Shown: one piece after another, positions 32,760 to 41,852 of the stretch | Numbering within the stretch: the stretch's first letter is position 1 | Layout: each line of letters starts with the position of its first letter | Assembly (NCBI GenBank): GCA_963729715.1 | Contig: CAVSPA010000005.1 | Coordinates: 256,001 to 320,000, forward strand | DNA: 64,000 bases | DNA from: an uncultured delta proteobacterium | GTDB lineage: Bacteria > Desulfobacterota > Syntrophia > Syntrophales > UBA2185 | Direction: 5' to 3' | Program-made: the position numbers and the translations under genes | Notes under the pieces: model-generated | What the model was told of the DNA's origin: nothing | The model's input: only the letters and a program-made list of their open reading frames with translations | Database searches by the model: none

Positions 32760-32901
32760 TCACCTCCTCGTCATTTCCCCCGAGCTGACGCCAGTTCCGC
32801 CGATACTCTCAGGTTAAGGATATGCTTGCTTCTGGAAAGCATGGAAAAGTTGCGATGAACAATACAGTATGGCTTGATTTCCATGCTATTACGGTATCTC
32901 C

Positions 32902-33384
32902 CTATCGTGACATGGTTGACATTTCCACTGGACCATATCCGATCCCCACGCCTATGGTTACCTGTGTATTATATTCCGTATTTTTCCCGATCACATCGAC
33001 ATTATATCTGCTCTGCCCCCAGCGCTGTCCGCCGCCGATTGAGTAGCCGGCAAGCGGTATCATTATCGCGCCTATAGTCGGTCGTGTGGTAGGATAATTA
33101 ATAGTATAGCTGGACACACCGTCCGCCCTGTTGACAGTCTGAGGGATGAGGACGGGGTTCTGGGGATCAAATACCTGCGAAAGGTCGTTGATACCGGTGT
33201 CCGCGGCAGCAAGGGCCCGCTTTTCTCCGACAATTTTCACGCTCACCCTGATGTCCTGTGTCGATAGAGAAATAACCAGCATTCCCAGGGCGAGGAGGAT
33301 CAGGCAGGCCATGATGGCTGCGATGAGGGCGAATCCTGCCTCGGAGTTCTTCTTGGGAAGCGTTCTCAGTATATTATTATCCAT
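32902..33384 (-). CDS. pilX: minor pilin PilX-like
   Basis: G|FALIAA prepilin site lacking Glu5, ALAAADTGI. Confidence 0.8.
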   Translation of the reverse strand: MDNNILRTLPKKNSEAGFALIAAIMACLILLALGMLVISLSTQDIRVSVKIVGEKRALAAADTGINDLSQVFDPQNPVLIPQTVNRADGVSSYTINYPTTRPTIGAIMIPLAGYSIGGGQRWGQSRYNVDVIGKNTEYNTQVTIGVGIGYGPVEMSTMSR

Positions 33385-33397
33385 AGTTGCTCCAGGA

Positions 33398-34150
33398 TCA
33401 ATTGTTTCTCAGGGTCTCACGGGTCTTATAGATCATCCTTCGCGTCAGGCCTGTGCTCGGATCGATATCCTCCGTTTCGACTGCAAGCGTAATCTCTATC
33501 ATTCTTATATCTGTGGTACATCCCGGCATGCAGTTCCTCCCTACACCTGGCCCAAAAAGGAGCTCTACTCCCTGGCCGTCGAAGTAACGGAAGACCGGAA
33601 CGTTGACATCGGCGTCAGCATTGATGACTCTTACCGTCCGGGGATTGGCGCTCACGAGCGAATCCCCCAGGAAGGCTTGGGGCCCACCGCAGTTTGCTTC
33701 TCTTGTAATATACCTGTCATTGCCTGTCTGCACAAAGTTATACCTGATGATCTCGTTGCCTTCGGTTAGTGCGCCGTTACCGTCCGGATTACCGTTAGCG
33801 TCGACACCACCCGCGATATCCATTTCCACGGTGATCGAATTCGCTGTAGCCTCCTGTATTCCCTTGTATGTCTGATTTGCAGACGGGGTAGTGCAAAAGT
33901 TAGGCCCTCCCGGATTTCCGTCACTCTGCCAGACGACTGAAAATGACGGGTTATAGGAGGCCATCTTAATCTCCAGGGCCATGATCTCCAAGGCACCCCT
34001 TACATCCTGCTGGGCCGTAACCTTTCTTTCTATACCCCCGGAAGACCTTGATGCCGACTCGATGGCGACGCCGATGGCGAAGAGCATAATGAGCGAGACG
34101 CAAATGGCTATCGCGATCTCGACAAGTGTGAAACCTCTTGCGTCATTCAT
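33398..34150 (-). CDS. pilW: minor pilin PilW-like
   Basis: RG|FTLVE, QQDVRGAL..EIKMA, C-terminal LRN. Confidence 0.85.
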   Translation of the reverse strand: MNDARGFTLVEIAIAICVSLIMLFAIGVAIESASRSSGGIERKVTAQQDVRGALEIMALEIKMASYNPSFSVVWQSDGNPGGPNFCTTPSANQTYKGIQEATANSITVEMDIAGGVDANGNPDGNGALTEGNEIIRYNFVQTGNDRYITREANCGGPQAFLGDSLVSANPRTVRVINADADVNVPVFRYFDGQGVELLFGPGVGRNCMPGCTTDIRMIEITLAVETEDIDPSTGLTRRMIYKTRETLRNN

Positions 34151-34163
34151 ACGGTTTGACCCA

Positions 34164-34649
34164 TTAGAAACCAACCGGCACGGCATTTGACCCATTCACA
34201 CACCCTGCCGGAAATCTGAAACTTTCCTGTTGCGCAACATCGGCGCTCTCCACAAGATTTCTGTAATTGCGCGCCACTTGATCCGGCCACGTAACCGTAA
34301 CGGTAACGGTCCATATATTTGCGGGACCGACAACAGAGGCGATACTCGTGTTCACTGTGTACGTGGCATCCCCACGAACCTCTGCCCCCAGACCGCTGAC
34401 AATGATGGTTTGCACCGGCCGATTTCCCGTGGGAACAATGTTGCAGGGATTCATGATCCATGCCTCCCGGAGTTCAAGCTCTCTATGCATGATGCCGGCC
34501 CCCCTGCCCATGTAGTCCGATTTTCCTACGGTTCGCCATGCCGAGGGCTGCATTGACAAAATTGCCATGACGCCGACGGTGACCAAAAACATGGCGATGA
34601 CCACCTCGATGAGACCGATACCCCGTTTAGACAATATTAAACGTGACAT
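34164..34649 (-). CDS. pilV: minor pilin PilV-like
   Basis: RG|IGLIEVVIA, VTVTVTW. Confidence 0.8.
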   Translation of the reverse strand: MSRLILSKRGIGLIEVVIAMFLVTVGVMAILSMQPSAWRTVGKSDYMGRGAGIMHRELELREAWIMNPCNIVPTGNRPVQTIIVSGLGAEVRGDATYTVNTSIASVVGPANIWTVTVTVTWPDQVARNYRNLVESADVAQQESFRFPAGCVNGSNAVPVGF

Positions 34650-35115
34650 ACGTTCTTCCCGTCAAATTGACTGTAATTGTGGCTCGAGAGTTTCTGCTGT
34701 TCTGCAGGACCACGCCGTCGAGAACTGCATTTCCCAGGGGTGATACTGTGCCTCTGGGGTTAAAAACAACCGTCTGCAATGCGCCCGGACCAAATGTGGC
34801 GCTGAAGATTGTAATATCTGACCCGAACGTTGAGGGGCTCTTGGTCGTCAGGTTGGTGACAACTGCGTTCACCACCGACTGTATCGTATAGCTGCCGGGG
34901 ACAGGAGTATTAAAGGCAATTTGATATGTAATGCTTTCGGAAATCGCTCTTTCCTTGTATATGGCAAAGTCAGAAGCAATATCTCTCGCTGCGCTCCTGA
35001 GATTTCTATTTATAGTATAACTTTGCAGCCACAATCCAGCGATGGTTGAAATGAATGCCAGCAGAAAGACGACGATCATCAGCTCCACCAGCGTGAATCC
35101 TTTAGGTCGTTTCAT
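34627..35115 (-). CDS. fimU: minor pilin FimT/FimU (GspH-like)
   Basis: KG|FTLVELM, FNPRG, GR near the C-terminus. Confidence 0.85.
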   Translation of the reverse strand: MKRPKGFTLVELMIVVFLLAFISTIAGLWLQSYTINRNLRSAARDIASDFAIYKERAISESITYQIAFNTPVPGSYTIQSVVNAVVTNLTTKSPSTFGSDITIFSATFGPGALQTVVFNPRGTVSPLGNAVLDGVVLQNSRNSRATITVNLTGRTYVTFNIV

Positions 35116-35116
35116 A

Positions 35117-35926
35117 CTATTTCTTCCCGTCAATGAGGTCTAACAGTTCTGCCTCGGGTAAAGCCCCTATTTTGAGTCTGCCATCCGGCAGTATCAGTGA
35201 GGGTGTTACCCCAATCCCCAGCAAGTTGGCAAGCTTCATAGAATTATCTATCTCAGCGGTGGCACACTCCGTCTTAGGAATCTCCCTCTTTTCGAAGTTA
35301 TCATCCAGCATCTTCACCGATTTGTTGCAGACGATGCTCTTTGCCTTCCAGTAAGCGTCTTTATGAAACTCCAAAGGCAAAAACTTTATATAAAATGCTA
35401 TGTCCTTTCTTTTGGCTATGAGCTGTTTCATCGTCTGGTGAAACTGTCTGCAGAATGGACAATCAGGGTCTGTAAATACGACTACCTTTTTCGCTGCGTC
35501 CTTCTCCCCCAGGACGAGGGCATCAGTCAGCGGAATCTTCGCTATGTCGATCCTTTTATTGTCTTCAATCCTGCGAATAGCCTCCATGGTCTTGCTGGTC
35601 ATGGTAGACACTTCTACGAAATTACCACCAAGGATCAGATAGTTTTTATCAACGTCAAGATAAAATATCTTCGTCTGTCCCATGATATCGATAACTACTT
35701 CACAGACGCCCTTGATGGGACTGTCCGCGATGCCGAGCACCTTCGCATCAGGCAAGTTGAGCTTCTTTAATATCTCTGTTATCCCTTCCCCGCCTAAGGA
35801 GACGCAGTCTTTCTTTACCTGGCCCGTTTCTGCTCCCCACGCGCTGCCATATCCTGAAGAAGCGGAGACAAAAAGCAATGCACACGATAGACATAAGAAA
35901 GCAGAGAATAAGCTTTTTCTTGTCAA
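35117..35926 (-). CDS. dsbC: DsbC-family disulfide isomerase
   Basis: Signal peptide, FTDPDCPFC, GVTP cis-Pro loop; TTG start with AGAGGTG SD inferred. Confidence 0.9.
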   Translation of the reverse strand: MTRKSLFSAFLCLSCALLFVSASSGYGSAWGAETGQVKKDCVSLGGEGITEILKKLNLPDAKVLGIADSPIKGVCEVVIDIMGQTKIFYLDVDKNYLILGGNFVEVSTMTSKTMEAIRRIEDNKRIDIAKIPLTDALVLGEKDAAKKVVVFTDPDCPFCRQFHQTMKQLIAKRKDIAFYIKFLPLEFHKDAYWKAKSIVCNKSVKMLDDNFEKREIPKTECATAEIDNSMKLANLLGIGVTPSLILPDGRLKIGALPEAELLDLIDGKK

Positions 35927-36115
35927 TGCGCCACCTCTCTTGCTATTATTTTGACACTTTTTTATCTCATATTTTCTGAGTGAAATCAAGAAATCCATTC
36001 CTTGCAAACGTTAAATGGCGCGGTATCTTACAATATGGCAGGGTTTAGACGGTACAGACGGGCCCCTCAGTAAAGGGGCCGTAGGCTAACTTCATCACAG
36101 AAGGTCATTTCAATC

Positions 36116-36211
36116 GTCCGGCAACCCTGCCGCCGTATCCGCTTTAATAAAGAAGATTTAGGCCAGTGGCTTTACGTCCCGTCCTTTCGGACAGTTTGCC
36201 TTTTTCAGGAC
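36116..36211 (-). ncRNA. c-di-GMP-I (GEMM-I) riboswitch
   Basis: Minus strand reads GGCAAACTGTCCGAAAGGACGGGACGTAAAGCCACTGGCCTAAA...ACGGCGGCAGGGTTGCCG, with a GAAA tetraloop, its receptor, and P1 GTCC/GGAC. Confidence 0.93.
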
Positions 36212-36278
36212 TCTTTTTATGATTTCAAAGATTATACGGTTTCTTCAGGGAGTCTTGCTATTCTCCCTCTCCATATTC

Positions 36279-36305
36279 ATATCGGCAATAAAAGAAAAAT
36301 CTTTA
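36279..36305 (-). promoter_or_regulatory. sigma28 (FliA)-type promoter
   Basis: TAAAGATT-N11-GCCGATAT versus consensus TAAAGTTT-N11-GCCGATAA. Confidence 0.7.
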
Positions 36306-36345
36306 GTGCTTTTTCCAAATAAAATTTACAACTAAATATCTATGA

Positions 36346-36361
36346 TGCAATCAATATGCCA
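36346..36361 (-). promoter_or_regulatory. sigma54-type promoter
   Basis: TGGCATATTGATTGCA with GG-N10-GC spacing. Confidence 0.65.
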
Positions 36362-36657
36362 CGCAGTGCACGTCCGCAGCCATCGCATGAACAAAACCAA
36401 ACGCTTGCAATTTTCGCAAATTAGATTCGCCTTATCAGATCGAACGAGAAAAACATCTCGGGCGTCTGACTAAGAATCGGTGATTTTGACCAATCATTTG
36501 CATGAAATTTGTCCGAAAATTGACTTACGTTTATTGGGTATTTTTTCAATTAAATGGTGTGGATTTCTTGCTTGACACGTTATAGGTGCTGTGTTACAGC
36601 TCACACCTGTCCGGGCCGCTGCAGGAAAATTCGCTAAGATTTAAGATACATGACCAT

Positions 36658-37356
36658 ATGGACGATACTGCCACCAAAGAAAGAGAGGAGTTTCTTTCGA
36701 TCGCGGAAGCCTATATAGAGAAGAGTCTGTATAAAGAGGCGTCACATATAACCGAGTCATGGTTAAAGCGTTACCCCATCGATGCTGATGCGAATATTAT
36801 CCGCTGCCACGCACTCCTCAAGATGGGGAATATTGAGAAAGTCAGTGAAGTCCTCGATGATCTGGAAGCAAAGGTCCTTGAATTGTCGCGCATCTACAAT
36901 CATGTTGGTGATCTCTGCCTGAATGCAGGACTGACGAAAGAGGCAACTAAATTTTATCGGAAATTTATATTTCTGAATCCCACTGTAGCGAGTGCAAAAG
37001 GAATCTACGATAAGGTCAATAACCTCGCAGCGCAAATGGATGAATCAGACGTCGAAGGAGATGCGGTAACGCATAGTCGTTCTGACGATGTTGTAACTGA
37101 TTTCTGCACCACAACCCTGGCTGAGCTGTACATCAGACAGGGTCACTTTGATATGGCTATCAATGTGCTCCGTGAGATACTCAAAAGAGAACCGGAAAAC
37201 AGATTGGTTGCAGATAGGTTAAGCGATGTAACGGCGATGCAGCGTGACCGCATCGGAGAAAAGACATCTTTACATATAGAGCAAGATGAGGCCGTAATCA
37301 AGGAGCTCTCAAGATGGCTCGAAAATGTAGGCAGGTTAAGAAGCCATGCATCGTGA
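36658..37356 (+). CDS. TPR-containing hypothetical protein
   Basis: TPR-like helices, TTTLAELYIRQGH motif, C-terminal LSRWLEN. Confidence 0.75.
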   Translation: MDDTATKEREEFLSIAEAYIEKSLYKEASHITESWLKRYPIDADANIIRCHALLKMGNIEKVSEVLDDLEAKVLELSRIYNHVGDLCLNAGLTKEATKFYRKFIFLNPTVASAKGIYDKVNNLAAQMDESDVEGDAVTHSRSDDVVTDFCTTTLAELYIRQGHFDMAINVLREILKREPENRLVADRLSDVTAMQRDRIGEKTSLHIEQDEAVIKELSRWLENVGRLRSHAS

Positions 37357-38434
37357 CTCTCCGGCACCTCCTGAAAGGATGGCAAGAGTCAGGGATATTC
37401 TTCATGAGCTTGATATCGACGCCCTGCTTCTTCTTGATATGAAGAATATCCGGTATCTTACGGGATTCACAGGCAGTGACGGTGCGCTAGTGATAGGAGA
37501 AAAGCAAGAGACTCTTCTTGTTGACGGCCGCTATACTAATCAGGCGAAAAAAGAAGTCGAGGGGTGCCATATCTCTGAATACAAAGAAAAAATAGATGGA
37601 ATCACGACGATTCTTTCGGACGGTAATTTGACATCCGTCGGGTTTGAATCGCAAGCGATGAATGTCAATATCTATTTGAACCTGAAGGATAAACTCGGCG
37701 CCTTGAGCTTGAACCCGCTCTCCAACGAAATCGCTGCCCTCAGAACCGTCAAAGATGAGAAAGAAATCGCGTGTATCAGAAGAGCAGCAGAAATATCGTG
37801 TGAGGCTCTTACTGCCGTTCGAGATCTTATAAAGCCGGGCGTAAGAGAGACTGATATCGCCATAGAACTGGATTTCCAGATGAGGAGACGCGGTGCGGAA
37901 CAAGTTTCCTTCCCGACCATTGTGGCGTCGGGAGCAAACTCAGCGCAACCTCACGCGCAGCCGGGATTGCGGGCGATTGAAAATGGAGATATGGTAATAA
38001 TAGATTACGGCGCTGTACATTGCGGTTATCATTCTGATGAAACCTGCACTTTTGCCGTAGGCTATAAAGACAAGAAACAGGAAGAGACATACTCCCTGGT
38101 AAAGACTGCTCACGACAGGGCATTGGCGGCTGTCAAAGCCGGCATCCCTTGTGTAGAAATCGACCGCATTGCCAGAGAGTGCATTGAGACTGGCAAGCTG
38201 GGCAAGTATTTTACGCATGGTACAGGCCACGGTGTCGGGCTTGATGTCCACGAATCGCCGCGGATTACAAGCAATTCGGAAATGGTCCTTGAGGCGGGGA
38301 TGGTATTGACCATAGAACCCGGTGTCTATATCCCGGACCTCTGGGGCGTCCGCATTGAAGATATGATATTGGTTAAAGGGGAAGGGTGTGAGGTCTTGAC
38401 AAGAGTGTCGAAGGACTTCACAGTGCTCCATTGA
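37346..38434 (+). CDS. Xaa-Pro aminopeptidase (M24)
   Basis: NIRYLTGFTGS, PH, YHSDETCT, HGTGHGVGLDVHE, TIEPG, GVRIED. Confidence 0.93.
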   Translation: MHRDSPAPPERMARVRDILHELDIDALLLLDMKNIRYLTGFTGSDGALVIGEKQETLLVDGRYTNQAKKEVEGCHISEYKEKIDGITTILSDGNLTSVGFESQAMNVNIYLNLKDKLGALSLNPLSNEIAALRTVKDEKEIACIRRAAEISCEALTAVRDLIKPGVRETDIAIELDFQMRRRGAEQVSFPTIVASGANSAQPHAQPGLRAIENGDMVIIDYGAVHCGYHSDETCTFAVGYKDKKQEETYSLVKTAHDRALAAVKAGIPCVEIDRIARECIETGKLGKYFTHGTGHGVGLDVHESPRITSNSEMVLEAGMVLTIEPGVYIPDLWGVRIEDMILVKGEGCEVLTRVSKDFTVLH

Positions 38435-38480
38435 TACTAAAAAAGGAATGCAATAAATTCATGTATTAGGATGCCGCGCT

Positions 38481-38879
38481 ATGAAGGTATTTCCAGATGA
38501 TCTTCTTTACAACAGGGAACATGCATGGGTCAGGGTTGAAGGTGAATTAGCTACCATTGGTATCACGGATTACGCCCAGGAAAAATTGGGAGAAATCCTC
38601 GCTATAGAACTGCCCGAAGTTGACTCTTATGTGGAAAGGGACGAACCTTTCGGAACTATTGAATCTGCAAAGGGTGTATTCGAGCTTATTTCACCCGTGA
38701 GTGGTGAGATCGTGAGTGTCAACGAGGACATATTGGACGACATTGGCATTGTCAACAGTGACCCCCACGATACAGGATGGATGATCATTCTGGAGATGTC
38801 GGATTCGGAGGAGCTTGACGATCTCCTGGATCCAAGAGAATACCATGACTTTGTACTTAAAGAAGCGGAGAGTGACTGA
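38481..38879 (+). CDS. gcvH: glycine cleavage H-like lipoyl carrier protein
   Basis: HAWV, IGITDYAQ, IESAK (lipoyl Lys), SPVSG, GW. Confidence 0.92.
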   Translation: MKVFPDDLLYNREHAWVRVEGELATIGITDYAQEKLGEILAIELPEVDSYVERDEPFGTIESAKGVFELISPVSGEIVSVNEDILDDIGIVNSDPHDTGWMIILEMSDSEELDDLLDPREYHDFVLKEAESD

Positions 38880-38888
38880 CCCTGTTTC

Positions 38889-39734
38889 ATGATATGGAGA
38901 TTCCTTTCATTCAAGCGCTTTAATGCCTTTGAAAACATGGCCATTGACGAGGCCATATTCCGGGAAAATCAACGAACCGATTCAACGCCCACACTCAGAT
39001 TCTACAGTTGGTCCCCCCCCTCAGTGTCTCTGGGATATTTTCAGGCGGCCCGGAAAGAGGTTAATGTTGAAGCGTGCAGAACATATTCGGTAGACATCGT
39101 CAGGCGCCCGACAGGGGGGAAAGCTGTCCTTCATGAAAATGACCTGACCTATGCCGTAATTGCCAGCGAGCATAATCCCCTCTTCCCACCGGACATCCTG
39201 GGAACATATAAGGTCATCAGTGACTGCATCGCCGGAGGACTAGCGGAGCTTGGGATAGAAGCAGAGATGGAAGACAGCGGGAGGTCATATCAGGACGACT
39301 CCCTGAAAGCCGCCTGCTTTTCGTCTCCTTCCCGATATGAGCTTCTGGCCAAGAGAAAGAAGATATGCGGCAGCGCTCAACTAAGATCAAAGGGGATTTT
39401 CCTTCAACATGGCTCAATCCTGTTGGATTTTAACCCCGCTAAGACATGTGCCCTCCTGCTGCCCGAGGAGGGCGACCGGAGTCGGCAAACCGAGAAGTTG
39501 CGCAGGTCCGTAACCTCGATATATGAGCAGGTTGGCGCTCCCGTGCCCGTAGAGAATATCTGCCGCGTCATGAAAAAGAGTTTTGAAAAGGTGCTGTATA
39601 TCAAGCTGGTAGAGGGCTGTTTGACGGCTCACGAGGAGTCCTTGAAGTTACGGCTGATGAATGATAAATACATGACTGATAGATGGAATATGGAAGGCAA
39701 GGTCGCTTTGGATGGACGTAAGAACTCTGATTAA
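38889..39734 (+). CDS. lipoate-protein ligase / octanoyltransferase (LipM/LplA family)
   Basis: NMAIDE, SLGYFQ, VRRPTGGKAVLH, KICGSAQ, QHGS. Confidence 0.9.
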   Translation: MIWRFLSFKRFNAFENMAIDEAIFRENQRTDSTPTLRFYSWSPPSVSLGYFQAARKEVNVEACRTYSVDIVRRPTGGKAVLHENDLTYAVIASEHNPLFPPDILGTYKVISDCIAGGLAELGIEAEMEDSGRSYQDDSLKAACFSSPSRYELLAKRKKICGSAQLRSKGIFLQHGSILLDFNPAKTCALLLPEEGDRSRQTEKLRRSVTSIYEQVGAPVPVENICRVMKKSFEKVLYIKLVEGCLTAHEESLKLRLMNDKYMTDRWNMEGKVALDGRKNSD

Positions 39735-40776
39735 GAAGGAAGTGCGCGAGCAGGAAGGTTATCAGGCCGACATCGTGCCCTCGCGCGCAAAAATGGATGC
39801 TAATGAGAGCCCCTTTTCGCTCCCCCCCACGCTTAAAAAAGAACTGTTTGACAAGATGCAAAACATTTCCTTAAACAGGTACCCGGAGCCGGGTGCGCCC
39901 CTGATCAGGAAACGCTTTGCTGGATACTATGGTGTAGCCGACGACATGATAATGATCGGCAACGGGTCTGATGAGCTTATTCAGATCCTCTGCACTGCTT
40001 TGATAAATTCATCTTCGGTCGTCATGGTTCCGGTACCGACTTTTGTCATGTACAGGATTATCGCATCAAATTCCGGTCATGCAGTTGCAGAGGTGCCCCT
40101 AAATGCCTCCTTTGATTTGGACCTCGATGCAATGCTGAACCGGATTGCCACTGATGCACCCGTACTGACCTTCTTGAGTTACCCTAACAGTCCTACGTCA
40201 AACTGCTTCACTGAAAAGAGTGTTGCGGCCATCCTTGACGCATCAACAGGAATTGTGGTTGTCGATGAGGCTTACGGCAGCTTCGCTGGCAAAACCTTGC
40301 TGCCCTTATTGAAGAAATATGAAAACCTGGTTGTCTTAAAGACCCTCTCTAAAGTGGGACTTGCCGCCATCAGGATGGGCTTCCTGATCGGCCCCCCCAC
40401 TCTCGTGCATGAACTCGACAAGGTCAGACTCCCCTATAATATCAATACACTTTCCCAGGTCGCTGCCGGATTCTATTTGGATCACATTGATACGTTTTTG
40501 GGTCAGACCGGGGATATAATTGCAGGTCGTGAAGAGCTCCTCGGCGCTCTGGGGAAGATTGAGGGTGTACATCCCTATCCTTCAGATGCAAATTTCATTT
40601 TTTTTCGTTGCGATTTCGATACGGATAACATATACTCCATTTTAGCCCAGGAGGGAATTCTTATTAAGAACCTAAACGTTCCCGGGGTTTTAAAGAATTG
40701 TATGAGAGTGACGGTTGGTAACCGTGAAGAAAACCAAGAATTCTTAAAAGCGTTAAAGAAAATCTTTCTAAAGTAA
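39712..40776 (+). CDS. hisC: histidinol-phosphate aminotransferase
   Basis: DANESP, NRYP, GNGSDE, DEAY, TLSK, RLPYN. Confidence 0.93.
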   Translation: MDVRTLIKKEVREQEGYQADIVPSRAKMDANESPFSLPPTLKKELFDKMQNISLNRYPEPGAPLIRKRFAGYYGVADDMIMIGNGSDELIQILCTALINSSSVVMVPVPTFVMYRIIASNSGHAVAEVPLNASFDLDLDAMLNRIATDAPVLTFLSYPNSPTSNCFTEKSVAAILDASTGIVVVDEAYGSFAGKTLLPLLKKYENLVVLKTLSKVGLAAIRMGFLIGPPTLVHELDKVRLPYNINTLSQVAAGFYLDHIDTFLGQTGDIIAGREELLGALGKIEGVHPYPSDANFIFFRCDFDTDNIYSILAQEGILIKNLNVPGVLKNCMRVTVGNREENQEFLKALKKIFLK

Positions 40777-40803
40777 GGAGTGTGGTCTAACATAAGGTAA
40801 CAG

Positions 40804-40857
40804 AGGGTAGTTTACGGCAGCGGCGTAAATCGTCTGGTGTCGTACTGCCCTTTTTTT
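40804..40857 (+). terminator. long hairpin plus T tract between hisC and rpsU
   Basis: AGGGTAGT..ACGGCA pairs with TGTCGT-ACTGCCCT, followed by a T run. Confidence 0.55.
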
Positions 40858-40923
40858 GTCCCGTTGTGGCTCAACATTTAAGCAATTTAGATTTTGTTAT
40901 TAAAAAAGAAAGGATGGATTGTT

Positions 40924-41115
40924 TTGGAAGTAAAAGTATATGATAATGACATTGAAAAGGCCTTGAAAATCCTGAAGAACAAACTTTCAAAAAGCGGATT
41001 GTTCAAGGAGCTAAAGCTGCGGAGAGCCTATGAGAAGCCTTCTGTGAAGAGGAAACGCAAAGCCATTGAAGCCCGCAGACGTTATGCCAAAGTTCAGCGC
41101 CGCAGAAGTTACTGA
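40924..41115 (+). CDS. rpsU: 30S ribosomal protein S21
   Basis: EKALK..YEKPSVKRKRK; TTG start after AAGGATGG. Confidence 0.93.
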   Translation: MEVKVYDNDIEKALKILKNKLSKSGLFKELKLRRAYEKPSVKRKRKAIEARRRYAKVQRRRSY

Positions 41116-41198
41116 GAATTTTTTCCACAGCAAGAACCATGATCACCGAGGCCGGGGTCTCCTGCCGGATGCTAACGGAGACCCGGAGTGTACGCAAA

Positions 41199-41852
41199 AT
41201 GGACGAGAAGCAATATTTGGTTGATGCCCTGTCGATAGAGGAATCATGGCGGATATTCCGCATCATGGCGGAATTTGTGGAAGCCATCGAAACCCTGTCC
41301 AAGGTAAAAAACGGCGTTACGATTTTTGGATCCGCAAGAGTCGGAGCTGATGATCCATACTACAAGAAGGCGGAGTATCTCGCCAGAAGGCTTGCCGAAA
41401 ATGGCTTCAGTGTAATTACAGGAGGCGGCCCCGGCATCATGGAGGCAGCCAATAAGGGAGCGGCGGAGGCAGGTGGCCAGTCGATAGGAATGAATATTCG
41501 TCTTCCCTATGAGCAGAAACCAAACCCGTACGCCAAAACTATTATCGAATATAAATATTTTTTCATCCGTAAAGTAATGTTTGTAAAATATGCCGTGGCG
41601 TATGTAATCCTCCCGGGAGGCTTCGGAACAATGGATGAGCTCTTCGAGGCCTTGACTCTTATTCAGACAAAAAGGATAAAGAGCTTTCCCGTCATACTGA
41701 TGGGCAGCGAATACTGGCAAGGCCTGATGGGCTGGATGAAAGACACCATGATCGGGAAGGACAAGATCGAACCGTGTGATCTCGAAATCATCCACATCAT
41801 TGATGACCCAGATGAAGTAGTAAAACATATAAAGAAATTTGTCATTCTCTGA
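41199..41852 (+). CDS. LOG family protein (TIGR00730-like)
   Basis: FGSAR, TGGGPGIMEAAN, PGGFGTMDE. Confidence 0.92.
   Translation: MDEKQYLVDALSIEESWRIFRIMAEFVEAIETLSKVKNGVTIFGSARVGADDPYYKKAEYLARRLAENGFSVITGGGPGIMEAANKGAAEAGGQSIGMNIRLPYEQKPNPYAKTIIEYKYFFIRKVMFVKYAVAYVILPGGFGTMDELFEALTLIQTKRIKSFPVILMGSEYWQGLMGWMKDTMIGKDKIEPCDLEIIHIIDDPDEVVKHIKKFVIL

Noticed and set aside
36010..36100. Second tandem GEMM aptamer
   Set aside because: It lacks the GCAAA..GAAA..GACGCAAAG core; it is better explained as the expression platform.
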